17,197 nucleotides of DNA from an uncultured archaeon (GCA_964589775.1 CAZPUN010000030.1:1-17197), one strand, 5' to 3'; shown: positions 7,390 through 16,914, numbered from the stretch's first letter. The notes: a model not told the origin generated them from the letters alone. Made by a program: numbers and translations.

Positions 7390-8217
7390 CTACCAGAGAT
7401 CTGGTAAGTCTTCAACTTCTGAAAGGTAAAATGTTGGGCCATCTCTACAAACATAATATGGACCAATATTGCAATGTCCGCAGAGACCAACGCCGCACTT
7501 CATCATTCGTTCCAGTGATAGAACTATTCTGTCTGAAGTGAAGCCTAACTTTTTCAATTCGATCGAGGCGTATTTTATCATAATTGGGGGTCCCACTACT
7601 ATTGCATATGCCGATAATGGATCTACGTCAATTTGATCAAAAATTGTAGTGACTACGCCTACATGTCCTTTCCAATTGTTATCGCCGTTATCCACTGTAA
7701 GTTTAATATCCAAATCGCCCCAACTTTTTAGGCGTTCTTTATACACAAGGTCTGCAGGACTTCTTGCACCGTATAGTAGTTGCAATTTTCCATAGTCACT
7801 CCGATGCTTTAGTGCATAGTCTATCATGCTTCTCAGTGGTGGTAATCCGATACCTCCTCCAACGAATAAGATGTCGTGTCCTTTCATTTTATCAACAGGG
7901 AAGGGACGACCAAATGGGCCTCTAATACCGACTTGGTCTCCGACTTTCAATTCATGTAGAGCGTTTGAAACTTGTCCGACTTTTTTAATACAGAATTCCA
8001 GTTTGTTGTTTGCTAATGATGGTATTGATAACGGGATTTCGCCTACACCAAATGCGGTAACTTGTGCAAACTGGCCGGGAATGTTCTGCAGGCTCATATC
8101 GATTACGAGTGTTTTCACATCTGGTGTTTCATCGATCACATCGATTATCTCTGCGACTTTCGGCACGTGCAAGTCATCACGCAATGAGATTTGGAATTTA
8201 TCAATTATCGCATTCAT
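7390..8217 (-). CDS. FAD/NAD(P)-binding [2Fe-2S] subunit, sulfhydrogenase gamma (HydG)/AsrB-like
   Basis: PGQF, GEIPLSI, GPFGRPF, GGGIGLPPLRS, YGARSP, GPPIM, SLERMMKCGVGLCGHC...VCRDGP. ATGA overlap with the upstream gene. Confidence 0.92.
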   Translation of the reverse strand: MNAIIDKFQISLRDDLHVPKVAEIIDVIDETPDVKTLVIDMSLQNIPGQFAQVTAFGVGEIPLSIPSLANNKLEFCIKKVGQVSNALHELKVGDQVGIRGPFGRPFPVDKMKGHDILFVGGGIGLPPLRSMIDYALKHRSDYGKLQLLYGARSPADLVYKERLKSWGDLDIKLTVDNGDNNWKGHVGVVTTIFDQIDVDPLSAYAIVVGPPIMIKYASIELKKLGFTSDRIVLSLERMMKCGVGLCGHCNIGPYYVCRDGPTFYLSEVEDLPDLW

Positions 8218-9221
8218 TTTGTTGCCCTCCTTACATGAAGTATGAACTCCCTTAGGTCTATTCCCACCGGGCAGACGTCATAGCACCTTCCGCATCCTGT
8301 ACAATGGTACGCTCCATATATTAGAAAATGATATGCGAACTTGTGATATAGTCGTTGTCGCATTCTTGCAGTGTCTTCCTTGCGTATATTTTCGCCTCCT
8401 GCAACACGAGTGAATGATGGCAAAAGGCATGAGTCCCAATCTCTTATGCGCTCGCCATATTTTGTTTCCTCATCGTAAATATCTGTGGCATTATAGCAGA
8501 AACAAGAGGGACATACGAAATTACACCCACCGCACATAATACATCTGTCTGCGAAATCTTGAATGATTGGGTCGTCCCATTTGATTTCATTATGGATCCC
8601 AGATACCGGGATATCCGGTAGTTTTTCCATAACTGCATTAAGGCGTTCTTGTTTCATCTGGACATGTTCATCTGTGGCATCATAAAAATATTGAATGTAA
8701 TGATCCACAAGTGCCTGTCCTTTTTCGCTTCCCACATCAACAAAATAGCAGTCTCCAATATCCGTGAATTGTAAATCGAAGCCGTTCTGTGCTGAAGGTC
8801 CACCTAGATTCTTACAGAATCCATGTTCACATGGTGTTGTACATGAAAAATTGATGATAATCGTGTTTTCTTTTCGTTTCATGTAATATGGATCGATTTT
8901 AAAAGTATCTTCAAGTCTTTGCATGCCTCGTAGGTCACATGATCTATATCCGAAAATTACCTGCTTCTTATAGTCTTTTTTAACTGAAACTTCAATTTTC
9001 TTATCCTTTTTATAGCTGAATAAGGTTTCGAATTGTGGGTATAGAAATTCTTTGGGCCCTACTAATGTATGAGCATCTATGAATTCTGAACCATTCTGTA
9101 TCTCGTCGAACACAATATCATTCAATGTCTTTTTGGGTGATATTACTGTGTATTCGTCCTTGATTAGTGCATCGATCAGTTGTGGAACCTTTGTTTTTAC
9201 AATGACAAATGCTTCATCCAT
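8214..9221 (-). CDS. 4Fe-4S dicluster subunit, sulfhydrogenase beta (HydB)/AsrA-like
   Basis: PKEFLYPQFETL, GYRSCD, CTTPCEHGFC, RCIMCGGCNFVCPSCFC, RDWDSC, RMRQRLYHKF, CTGCGRCYDVCPVGID. TAATG overlap with the fdh gene. Confidence 0.92.
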   Translation of the reverse strand: MDEAFVIVKTKVPQLIDALIKDEYTVISPKKTLNDIVFDEIQNGSEFIDAHTLVGPKEFLYPQFETLFSYKKDKKIEVSVKKDYKKQVIFGYRSCDLRGMQRLEDTFKIDPYYMKRKENTIIINFSCTTPCEHGFCKNLGGPSAQNGFDLQFTDIGDCYFVDVGSEKGQALVDHYIQYFYDATDEHVQMKQERLNAVMEKLPDIPVSGIHNEIKWDDPIIQDFADRCIMCGGCNFVCPSCFCYNATDIYDEETKYGERIRDWDSCLLPSFTRVAGGENIRKEDTARMRQRLYHKFAYHFLIYGAYHCTGCGRCYDVCPVGIDLREFILHVRRATK

Positions 9222-11254
9222 TATTCAATCGCCTCCACTTTTACTGGTGTGACTTTATATTCGGGAATGTATGATACCGGATCATGGTTGTGTAAGGTGA
9301 GCAGATTCGCAGGGTCTTCAGTGAAATGAAATGGCATAAATATCGTTTTAGACGTTAATTTCTTGTTGAACCGTACGGTTGCTGTTACTGAGCCGTTTGG
9401 AGAAGTAACCTTAACTCGTTGATGCTCCCTTATTCCCAGTTCTTTTGCATCGTTGGGATTTATCTCAATATAGTTTTCAGGTTCCTCCCTCTCTAATATT
9501 GAGATCTTTCGTGTCATTGTACCTGTATGCCAATGGAAATACGAACGCCCAGTTGTAAGAATGAATGGATATTCATCAGTTCTCCAACCAGGTGGGTGTT
9601 TCCAATCAATAGCATGGAATTTACCTTTTCCGCGTGTGAATTTCTTAGAATGCAGATATGGAGTGCCCGGATGGTCTGGTGAATAGCATGGCCATTGTAC
9701 TCCAACTCCATTTGTAATTCGTTCCCACGTCATCCCGCCGTAAATTCGTGCATATTTGTTGATTTCATCCATTATTTCTTTTGCGCTCGTATAATGCATT
9801 GGCAATCCAAATTTAGTAGAAACTTCGCAAATAATTTCATAATCTTTCTTCACTCCTTCTAACGGGGGTATTGCAGCTTCAAATCCTTGGACTCGTCGTT
9901 CCGTGTTTGTGTATGAGCCATCTTTTTCAAGCCAAGATGTTCCCGGTAGAATAACATGTGCATACTGTGCAGTCTCGGTCAGAAATATATCCTGTACAAT
10001 GAGAAGTTCTAATTTCTTTAGTGCTTCAATAGTATACTCCTGATGTGGGTCGCTTAATACAGGATTCTCTGCCATAATATATGCAGCTTTGATCTTTCCT
10101 TCATGCATTAGGGGTATCGCTTCTGTGAGTGTAATTCCGGGTACACTTGGTAGTTTCGTGTTCCATGCGTCTTCCCAGATTTTTCTTCGCTCATCTACAT
10201 CCACTCTTGCATATCCCGGTAAGTATTCTGGTAGTGCACCAAGATCGCACGCACCCTGAACATTGTTCTGGCCTCTTAATGGATTAACGCCTGTGCCGGG
10301 CTTTCCTACGTTTCCAGTAAGTAATGCGAGATTTGCAACTGCCATTACATTATTTGTTCCTGATGTGTGTTGTGTAATTCCCATCGCATAGAAAATCATT
10401 GCAGTTTCAGCTTCGGCATAGAGATGAGCTGCCTTTTCGAGGTTTTCCGGTGGTACTCCTGTAATCTTTGATACATATTCTGGAGTGTATTTTTCCACTC
10501 CTTTCACAAGTTCTTCGAACCCCTCAGTTCGTTCTTCGATAAATTTCTTATCATAAATTTCATCGCGGATAATTACATGCGCAAGCCCGTTTAATAATGG
10601 TACATCTGTGCCGGGCAAATGAGAAAGTTGTACTTTGGCAAATCTTGATAATCGTAACTCTCTTGGATCTGCAAGTATTAAAGGTGTGCCATTCTTTGCA
10701 GCTTCTATGATTCTAGATCCGATTAATGGATGTTGTTCTGTAGTATTTGAACCTATTACAAAAATTGCACCAGTTTCATAAATCTCATTTATACTGTTTG
10801 TCATGGCACCTGAACCAAACGCATTGATCAATCCAGAAACAGTAGGTGCATGACAGAGTCGTGCGCAATGGTCTACATTATTAGTTCCAATTCCAGCTCG
10901 TGCGAATTTTTGCAGCAGGTAATTCTCCTCATTTGTACATTTTGCTGAAGATAGTACCATAATACTATCTGGGCCGTATTTATCTCTAATTTCTCTAAGT
11001 TTAGTTGCTGCAAAATCGATAGCTTTGTTCCACGAGACTTTCTCAAATTTTCCATTTATTTTCATAAGTGGATCTCTTAATCGTTTCGGGTGCATTACAA
11101 ATTGAAAACTTTTCCAACCCTTTATACATAATGAACCTTTTGCTACTGGATGTGATTTTGAAGGTACAATTCCTACTGGCTTTCCATTTTTTATATCTAC
11201 AAACAATCCACATCCTGTCCCACAAAATGGGCAGATTGTGTATTTTTTAACCAC
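9221..11254 (-). CDS. fdhF: Formate dehydrogenase alpha (catalytic Mo/W-bisPGD) subunit, cysteine type
   Basis: TICPFCGTGC...LCIKG [4Fe-4S] motif, SAKCTNEENY, active site DHCARLCH (TGT Cys), PLRGQNNVQGACD, TNTERRVQ, C-terminal LTTGR...HWHTGTMTR and FMPFHF. GTG start with SD GAAGGTGA. Confidence 0.96.
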   Translation of the reverse strand: MVKKYTICPFCGTGCGLFVDIKNGKPVGIVPSKSHPVAKGSLCIKGWKSFQFVMHPKRLRDPLMKINGKFEKVSWNKAIDFAATKLREIRDKYGPDSIMVLSSAKCTNEENYLLQKFARAGIGTNNVDHCARLCHAPTVSGLINAFGSGAMTNSINEIYETGAIFVIGSNTTEQHPLIGSRIIEAAKNGTPLILADPRELRLSRFAKVQLSHLPGTDVPLLNGLAHVIIRDEIYDKKFIEERTEGFEELVKGVEKYTPEYVSKITGVPPENLEKAAHLYAEAETAMIFYAMGITQHTSGTNNVMAVANLALLTGNVGKPGTGVNPLRGQNNVQGACDLGALPEYLPGYARVDVDERRKIWEDAWNTKLPSVPGITLTEAIPLMHEGKIKAAYIMAENPVLSDPHQEYTIEALKKLELLIVQDIFLTETAQYAHVILPGTSWLEKDGSYTNTERRVQGFEAAIPPLEGVKKDYEIICEVSTKFGLPMHYTSAKEIMDEINKYARIYGGMTWERITNGVGVQWPCYSPDHPGTPYLHSKKFTRGKGKFHAIDWKHPPGWRTDEYPFILTTGRSYFHWHTGTMTRKISILEREEPENYIEINPNDAKELGIREHQRVKVTSPNGSVTATVRFNKKLTSKTIFMPFHFTEDPANLLTLHNHDPVSYIPEYKVTPVKVEAIE

Positions 11255-11326
11255 AACATCACCTTCATTAAAATGAACGTTTTAGATATTTTTTCAAGTT
11301 TCTATATTCACACTTATTAATTCTTA

Positions 11327-11457
11327 TTTATAAAAATTACCGAATTTTAAATTATATTTCCTGTTGATAATTCTAAAAATTATATATTCCGTATTTTCAT
11401 GATATAAAATCGAAATTTATTTATAAGCTTAATTACATCTTTTATTACATGATATAA
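11327..11457. promoter_or_regulatory. Divergent promoter region of the fdh operon and wHTH regulator
   Basis: TTTATAAA at 11327-11334, TTTATAAG at 11420-11427, direct repeat CATGATATAA at 11398-11407 and 11448-11457. Confidence 0.45.
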
Positions 11458-11501
11458 TAATTTTTTATAAAAATGACCAATGCCCAAATGTTGGAATCAA
11501 G

Positions 11502-12983
11502 ATGTCCCACCCCCCTAAAATCGACCCCAAAACATATGAATTTATGAATCTATTTAATATACCTTTACAAAAAGCATTTGCGACTCTACCTGAGTCTGAG
11601 TTATCTAAAATTGAAGATATATATTTGAAGCTTAATCCAAAAATGAATACGGTATTTATGGATGTATTTTTCCTGTATCTTACAAGCATTTTGAGAAACT
11701 ATAATTCAAACTATATGAAAATATTACAAAACTACTGGAAATTACATTCTCAAAAAATAATAATACCCTATTTTGTATATAATTCACCAAAGGATTATGA
11801 CATTTTATTTGATAAAGAAGATTATATTTGTAAGTTGTTGAACTACGCAATAAATATTGATAAAAATGATCCAGATGCTACGAGCAAATATATCTTTTTC
11901 TTTCAACTTCTTCTTGATGAACTTCCTATAAAGATGACGCAAAAGGAATTTCTTGCTTTTAATGAAATTCTAACAAAAAGGATCACGAAAGCAAGCGAAC
12001 TAGCAAAAAATAGTACTATGAATCCAACACACGCATCACGTATATTTAATACTCTCTTAAAGCGTCGTATCATAAGGAAAAAAGGGCTTTTAAACCTAAA
12101 TAAATTAGGATTTGATATTTTTCTCGTTATTGCACAATTGAGAGAGGCATCTACAAAACGAATGTTTTTGGGACCGTGGACATATTCTGAAATTCTTTCC
12201 ATAAACGATGATCGACTACGTTTTATGAATTTTCTAATTCCTCGTTATTGGATATCAAAATATCAGAACCCATACCAAAAATTAAGTTCCCTTATATCTG
12301 AAAATAAAAATGTTGATAGTGTGGAAGTATTCAAATTCTATTTAAAAGGAAGTAGTTATAATTTTTCAAATTTTGATTTTCGAACCGGTAAATGGAAAGC
12401 GATCGATTATAACAAAATACTTCAACGGTGGGAATCTGGCAATATGGTTCCGTTGCCTCCACAATCTTCCAATAACTCAAATACAATTCATCTGAAAAAT
12501 ATACATCTGAAAATACTTCAAACAATTTGGGATTATGGTCCATTATCCGTAAAAGAACTAAGGCACATTGTCAAAATTAACTACAATCAATTTATCAAAT
12601 ACTATAATGCACTTAAAGAAAATAATTATTTTGCTGAAGCTGTCTTTCCAAGTTTGCATTTGACCAAAAATGAAATCTTTCTAATGGCTGAAACAACTAT
12701 TGATGAATGGCGAAGAATTGCGTATGCTTTAATGGAAAATCCCATTTTATATTATGGACTTTATGAATCAGATGACAATAAATACTACGGTGTATATCAT
12801 ATTAGAACTTCCGAGACTGGTTTTAATCTTATATCTACAGTTTTTCGCGAAATGGTTAGCAAGCTTCATCTTGCGATTTTCAATGAAATAACAAAAGAAA
12901 AGATCTGGACATTACCTATTGAACGATGGAATGAAGAAAAGCAGCACTTTGAAATTCTTGAGGATGATTTTATTTTTTCATGA
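11502..12983 (+). CDS. Large transcriptional regulator with two Lrp/AsnC-like winged HTH modules
   Basis: wHTH1 MTQKEFLAFNEIL...ASELAKNSTMNPTHASRIFNTLLKRRII followed by the Lrp-type linker LNLNKLGF. wHTH2 LKNIHLKILQTIWDYGPLSVKELRHIVKINYNQFIKYYNALKENNYF. Divergent from fdh. Confidence 0.72.
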   Translation: MSHPPKIDPKTYEFMNLFNIPLQKAFATLPESELSKIEDIYLKLNPKMNTVFMDVFFLYLTSILRNYNSNYMKILQNYWKLHSQKIIIPYFVYNSPKDYDILFDKEDYICKLLNYAINIDKNDPDATSKYIFFFQLLLDELPIKMTQKEFLAFNEILTKRITKASELAKNSTMNPTHASRIFNTLLKRRIIRKKGLLNLNKLGFDIFLVIAQLREASTKRMFLGPWTYSEILSINDDRLRFMNFLIPRYWISKYQNPYQKLSSLISENKNVDSVEVFKFYLKGSSYNFSNFDFRTGKWKAIDYNKILQRWESGNMVPLPPQSSNNSNTIHLKNIHLKILQTIWDYGPLSVKELRHIVKINYNQFIKYYNALKENNYFAEAVFPSLHLTKNEIFLMAETTIDEWRRIAYALMENPILYYGLYESDDNKYYGVYHIRTSETGFNLISTVFREMVSKLHLAIFNEITKEKIWTLPIERWNEEKQHFEILEDDFIFS

Positions 12984-12992
12984 AATATGTAC

Positions 12993-13961
12993 TCAGCCTT
13001 TTATTTTTTTATTTAATTTTGTAAGGAATTGTGAAAATTTATCCGCAGGAATTGAAGCCCCAGCTGCTTTTGGGTGTCCGCCGCCTGTTGCCTTTTTTCC
13101 TAATTGTGGAATTATGTCATCCAGAATCTCGTTCAATTTGATATTTTCTTCGCGTGTTCTTAAAGACATATCAATCATGTTTGAATCATCATGGCTTGCA
13201 TTAATTCCGATTTTTGCATCAGTATATCCTGCAGCATATACGGCACCTTTGCCCCTAAATCCTCGTATTGGCATATCCATAATATATGCGACTTTGCCAT
13301 TTACAATTACATTGTGTTTAATCCAGTTCATCACGGATCTTTCAGTATTTGCCGCTTTGATCGCGAGGGGTACAATATCACTCATTTGGCTGGGTCTAAG
13401 CCCGAGTGTTAGTCTGCTAGTCAATTCTTTTTTTACGCTATCGTTGTTAATTTCTTGTAGTGCTTGAACGATTAGTGCAGACTCCATGTATAGTATTCTT
13501 TTATCCCAATTCTTAAGTTCATCATGTACGAACGGTGTATTATCGCAATAATCTCCAATTGCACCAATCAATGCAAGTTCTGAAAATTCTTGTTGTAATT
13601 CATCTCTGTACGTTCGATATGCCAGTTCTGCTGCGCATGGGCCCGTTTCATGTACTACAAGATTTGCAGGTATTTTCTTTTTCGAAAGTGATTTTGGTAG
13701 TGGATGATGATCAATATAAATTACTTCAGCAAATTTTGAAAGTTCTTCTAACTTTTCGATGATTTCGTCCATGCGTGATTTGTTTATCGCAATGTCTGTT
13801 ATTGTAACTCTGTCTGGATGTTTCTTAATTACATGTTTTAAATGGCTGCTAAGACTTCCAGGTCTAGTGAATAATAGGTCGCCCGTAGTATATTTTCCGA
13901 GCATAATTGCACCAGACGTAATTCCATCAGTATCCCCATGAGTCATTATGATCGTTTTCAT
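12993..13961 (-). CDS. DHH/DHHA1 family phosphoesterase (RecJ/NrnA-like)
   Basis: Motifs THGDTDG, ITDIA, YIDHH, CAAEL, GAIGD, and DHHA1 motifs SLR and GGGHPKAAGA. TTTATAAA at 13994-14001 upstream. Confidence 0.93.
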   Translation of the reverse strand: MKTIIMTHGDTDGITSGAIMLGKYTTGDLLFTRPGSLSSHLKHVIKKHPDRVTITDIAINKSRMDEIIEKLEELSKFAEVIYIDHHPLPKSLSKKKIPANLVVHETGPCAAELAYRTYRDELQQEFSELALIGAIGDYCDNTPFVHDELKNWDKRILYMESALIVQALQEINNDSVKKELTSRLTLGLRPSQMSDIVPLAIKAANTERSVMNWIKHNVIVNGKVAYIMDMPIRGFRGKGAVYAAGYTDAKIGINASHDDSNMIDMSLRTREENIKLNEILDDIIPQLGKKATGGGHPKAAGASIPADKFSQFLTKLNKKIKG

Positions 13962-14031
13962 TATATTTCCCTATTATTAATTAGAAAATCAGTTTTATAA
14001 ATTAATGGTAAAAATGTAGGGTTCAAAATTT

Positions 14032-14850
14032 TTAAAGTAGCACACTAGCATCAGTTAAGCTGTCTGGCCGCGTGATTTCAGTTACCATTGTATCAAGTAA
14101 TTTGGCTAGAGCATTCAAGTTTTCGTCTGTTTCAAATTCTGCGCTATCCCGTCGTAAGCAAACATCAAATGCTTCGATATCATCTGCAGTGATACCATTA
14201 CCTAGCCAATAATCAATTGTTTGTGCAAGCCATGCTCGTGCTTTTTTGACTACTGCCCACGATTCATTATACGACATGCCCAGTAAATCCCTTTTTGTAA
14301 CAATGAGGAAGAATTTTATTTTCGAGCAATCTGTAACTTGGCATGCATTAGTAATCATTTCCATAAATCTGTTAATATCATTGAACTGACGTTTCTGAGG
14401 ATTATCCCCTTTACTATTACTGTGTGTTCTATGTGCATAAAGATCAAAAACAACTCCAATGAATCTCTTTCGTGGCATAAATAGTGATTGTTCTGCAAAT
14501 CCATGAATCTGTCCGAGATCTTGTCCTCCAACTGCATATACGCCATAGTAACTTGATTTACCGGTTTCGGGTGATTGATGTTCAAAAAATAGTGTATCAA
14601 GTTCGGTGGTCATAGATATTTCATTATCTGATTTAAACTCGTCTAATCTTGGAACTTTGTCAAGATATAGTGCATTATTTTTTATTACTTTATTTCGTAA
14701 TATTTCTGAATTATGCAGTCTTAGTTTTCCTTGAAATGCCTCCCATAATCTGATTATCAGGCTTGTTTTTCCTGCAGCCCATGTACCAACCAGATGTCCT
14801 ACACCGATCATTTTTGAGGTCCAATCATCATAGGTGCCTTCAAACGCCAT
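14032..14850 (-). CDS. Divergent small (Ras-superfamily/MglA-like) GTPase
   Basis: G1 GTWAAGKTS, G2 region TTELDTLFFE, G3 YAVGGQ, strand GVVFDL, G4 IVTKRD. ATG at 14850 follows a strong SD AGGAGG overlapping the upstream stop, so it is preferred over 14922. Confidence 0.8.
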   Translation of the reverse strand: MAFEGTYDDWTSKMIGVGHLVGTWAAGKTSLIIRLWEAFQGKLRLHNSEILRNKVIKNNALYLDKVPRLDEFKSDNEISMTTELDTLFFEHQSPETGKSSYYGVYAVGGQDLGQIHGFAEQSLFMPRKRFIGVVFDLYAHRTHSNSKGDNPQKRQFNDINRFMEMITNACQVTDCSKIKFFLIVTKRDLLGMSYNESWAVVKKARAWLAQTIDYWLGNGITADDIEAFDVCLRRDSAEFETDENLNALAKLLDTMVTEITRPDSLTDASVLL

Positions 14851-14863
14851 TTTTTCTCTCCTC

Positions 14864-15892
14864 CTAAAAGTCCATGGCTGGTGCAGCTTTTCGTCTGGGC
14901 TTTGGTTGTACATAGGTACCAAATGGAGGCCCGGCCATTTCGATAGATAACATCATCTCTCCTGCTCTTAGCTTCTCATATATTCCCAAGAGATATTCAT
15001 AGAATTCGCTTTCTAATTGTAGTCTTTTTCTCTTTGGTAGATTTTCAAGAGCTGCTCTCATCTGATCATAATTTCGATCCCGTAGATATAGCACAAATAA
15101 AATCGGGTCTGTTACGTCCTGTGGTGCAATTCTAATTATATATACGGGATATGATAAAATTCTTGCAGTTATGTCTGCAAGTGGCATATGATAAATCTGA
15201 ATATCTACAGATCGATTTGTAATAACGCGAGTGAATTCGCTTTCTTTTATTATTGGGTGGGGTCTATTTGCAATAAAAAGAATTTTCGATTCTGTATGCT
15301 TTATTTCTTTGAATGCCGCCAAGTATCCTAATGCGCTTCGCATTTCATCTAAAGCCGCCTTTACCCTACTTTTTCTTACGATAATCTCGCCATCTGCTGT
15401 ATCCGAATCATCCATATTATATTCATCAAGTTCTTCTATTGAGCGTTCAATTGCCTGAATGGCAGATTCTAATGTTCTCTGGCTAGTTGTAAAATAATCT
15501 GCGGCACGTAATACTTGTGTGAGTGCAATTGATACAAGATCTCTAAATGGGTAATAGTTTCCTTGTTCTCCTATTCGAAGTAGTTGCTCGCCTCTATTTG
15601 GAAAATTACTATCCACGGTCGCTCTATAATATCCACTTCTCGGACCAAACAGATCATTATTTAGATGATTATCGCTTAATACAAAGTAATTATACCGGGT
15701 TCCTTTTCGTTCCATATATACTAAATTAAACATTGGTCCAAATCTGGATTTAGGATAATTTCCCGCAATTTTTGTTATAATTGCTTTTATATCATTTCTC
15801 CATTTTTCAATTCTTTTCCAATAACTTTTAACTTCTCCACGTGAAAGTCTGTTCACAATCTGAACATCGGATACTCTAAATGGCGGCTTCAT
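14864..15892 (-). CDS. Hypothetical GTPase-associated protein, possible longin-like fold with a helical insertion
   Basis: 342-aa ORF translationally coupled to the GTPase. Helix DLVSIALTQVLRAADYF, helical/coiled-coil segment TLESAIQAIERSIEELDE, then strand-strand-helix YPVYIIRI..ILFVLYL..YDQMRAALENL. Confidence 0.6.
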   Translation of the reverse strand: MKPPFRVSDVQIVNRLSRGEVKSYWKRIEKWRNDIKAIITKIAGNYPKSRFGPMFNLVYMERKGTRYNYFVLSDNHLNNDLFGPRSGYYRATVDSNFPNRGEQLLRIGEQGNYYPFRDLVSIALTQVLRAADYFTTSQRTLESAIQAIERSIEELDEYNMDDSDTADGEIIVRKSRVKAALDEMRSALGYLAAFKEIKHTESKILFIANRPHPIIKESEFTRVITNRSVDIQIYHMPLADITARILSYPVYIIRIAPQDVTDPILFVLYLRDRNYDQMRAALENLPKRKRLQLESEFYEYLLGIYEKLRAGEMMLSIEMAGPPFGTYVQPKPRRKAAPAMDF

Positions 15893-16014
15893 GAATAAAG
15901 ACCCTTCTCGTTATTTATATAGCAATATTAAGATTATGCATTTTTAAATTTATTTCAATTCGTTTATAAATTGGAATTATTTTCATATGCTTGTATAATA
16001 GGAGTGTAAATATA

Positions 16015-16914
16015 ATGTCTGGGCTAAATTTACGTACCGTTAAACCCAATGAGATTGACCACAAACTCTGGAATGAACTTTGGGACAATCATGCAAGAAA
16101 TTATCGTGATTTCTTACCTTATTATTTAATTAAAAACGAACTATTATTTAGCCTTTCTGAAAGCAACACTATTATCTTCGAAGGATATGAGGCAGATGGC
16201 GAATTAATTGGATTTGCAGTAATTAAACAAAATATGCATGTCTTTTATTTTGATAGATTTGTGATTAAAGAGCAATTGCGTTCTCTCGAATTTATTACGA
16301 AAATTCTTGACTATCTGGAAAATTTGGATGCAGAATTTGTCTCTGCGGAAGTATTTGAAAAAAACCCTGAAGTTTTAGATGCATTTTTACAGATAGGTTT
16401 TGAGGCATATAATGTAGAAGTCTGGATGAAGCGACCTAACACTCCTGTGGATTTTGACTATAATACGGAAGTTTCAATAAAGATTGCTGAAGATCCAAAA
16501 CTATTTGCAAAACTGAGCAATGAAATTTTCAAAGAATTGGATAATGTGGAACTATCTGAAAATGATGTTAAAAACCTTCCAAAGAAGCTTCCGGGTGTTT
16601 CTCCAGATTTCTTATTTATTTCATATTTAAATGAAACTCCCGTAGGCGTTATGTACTTACGTATTGACCCTGCATGGGAAAAATATTATGGTAAAAAAAG
16701 GGGATGGATTCTTGGTTTGGGCGTTCTTGAAAAATATCAAGGAAAGGGTATTGGACGCGCATTGCTTGCAAAAGGCATCAATATATTAAATGAGCACCAT
16801 GTAGATGAGATTTTTGTGGTTACCGATTTTAATATGGGCCCATATAATTTGTATAAAAAGTGTGGTTTTATTCCTGATGAAAAAATTATCGATCTCATCC
16901 TTGCTATAAAATAA
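16015..16914 (+). CDS. Tandem (double) GNAT N-acetyltransferase
   Basis: Degenerate N-terminal GNAT (ELIGFA, RFVIKEQLRSL, FLQIGF) and intact C-terminal GNAT (GWILGLGVLEKYQGKGIGRALL, YNLYKKCGF). ATG 16015 follows SD AGGAGTG; TTTATAAA at 15963-15970. Confidence 0.9.
   Translation: MSGLNLRTVKPNEIDHKLWNELWDNHARNYRDFLPYYLIKNELLFSLSESNTIIFEGYEADGELIGFAVIKQNMHVFYFDRFVIKEQLRSLEFITKILDYLENLDAEFVSAEVFEKNPEVLDAFLQIGFEAYNVEVWMKRPNTPVDFDYNTEVSIKIAEDPKLFAKLSNEIFKELDNVELSENDVKNLPKKLPGVSPDFLFISYLNETPVGVMYLRIDPAWEKYYGKKRGWILGLGVLEKYQGKGIGRALLAKGINILNEHHVDEIFVVTDFNMGPYNLYKKCGFIPDEKIIDLILAIK

Noticed and set aside
7390-9221. Complete sulfhydrogenase or anaerobic sulfite reductase
   Set aside because: No NiFe catalytic subunits and no siroheme AsrC subunit in the operon.
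10845-10875. Selenocysteine recoding in Fdh
   Set aside because: The active-site codon is TGT (Cys) in DHCARLCH and there is no in-frame TGA.
12919-13467. 182-aa plus-strand ORF and similar antisense ORFs (e.g. 7826..8245, 4076..4378)
   Set aside because: Antisense shadows of well-supported genes, with no recognisable motifs.
14851-14922. 59-bp overlap between the GTPase and the upstream gene
   Set aside because: Artefact of the longest-ORF start; ATG 14850 with AGGAGG removes the overlap.
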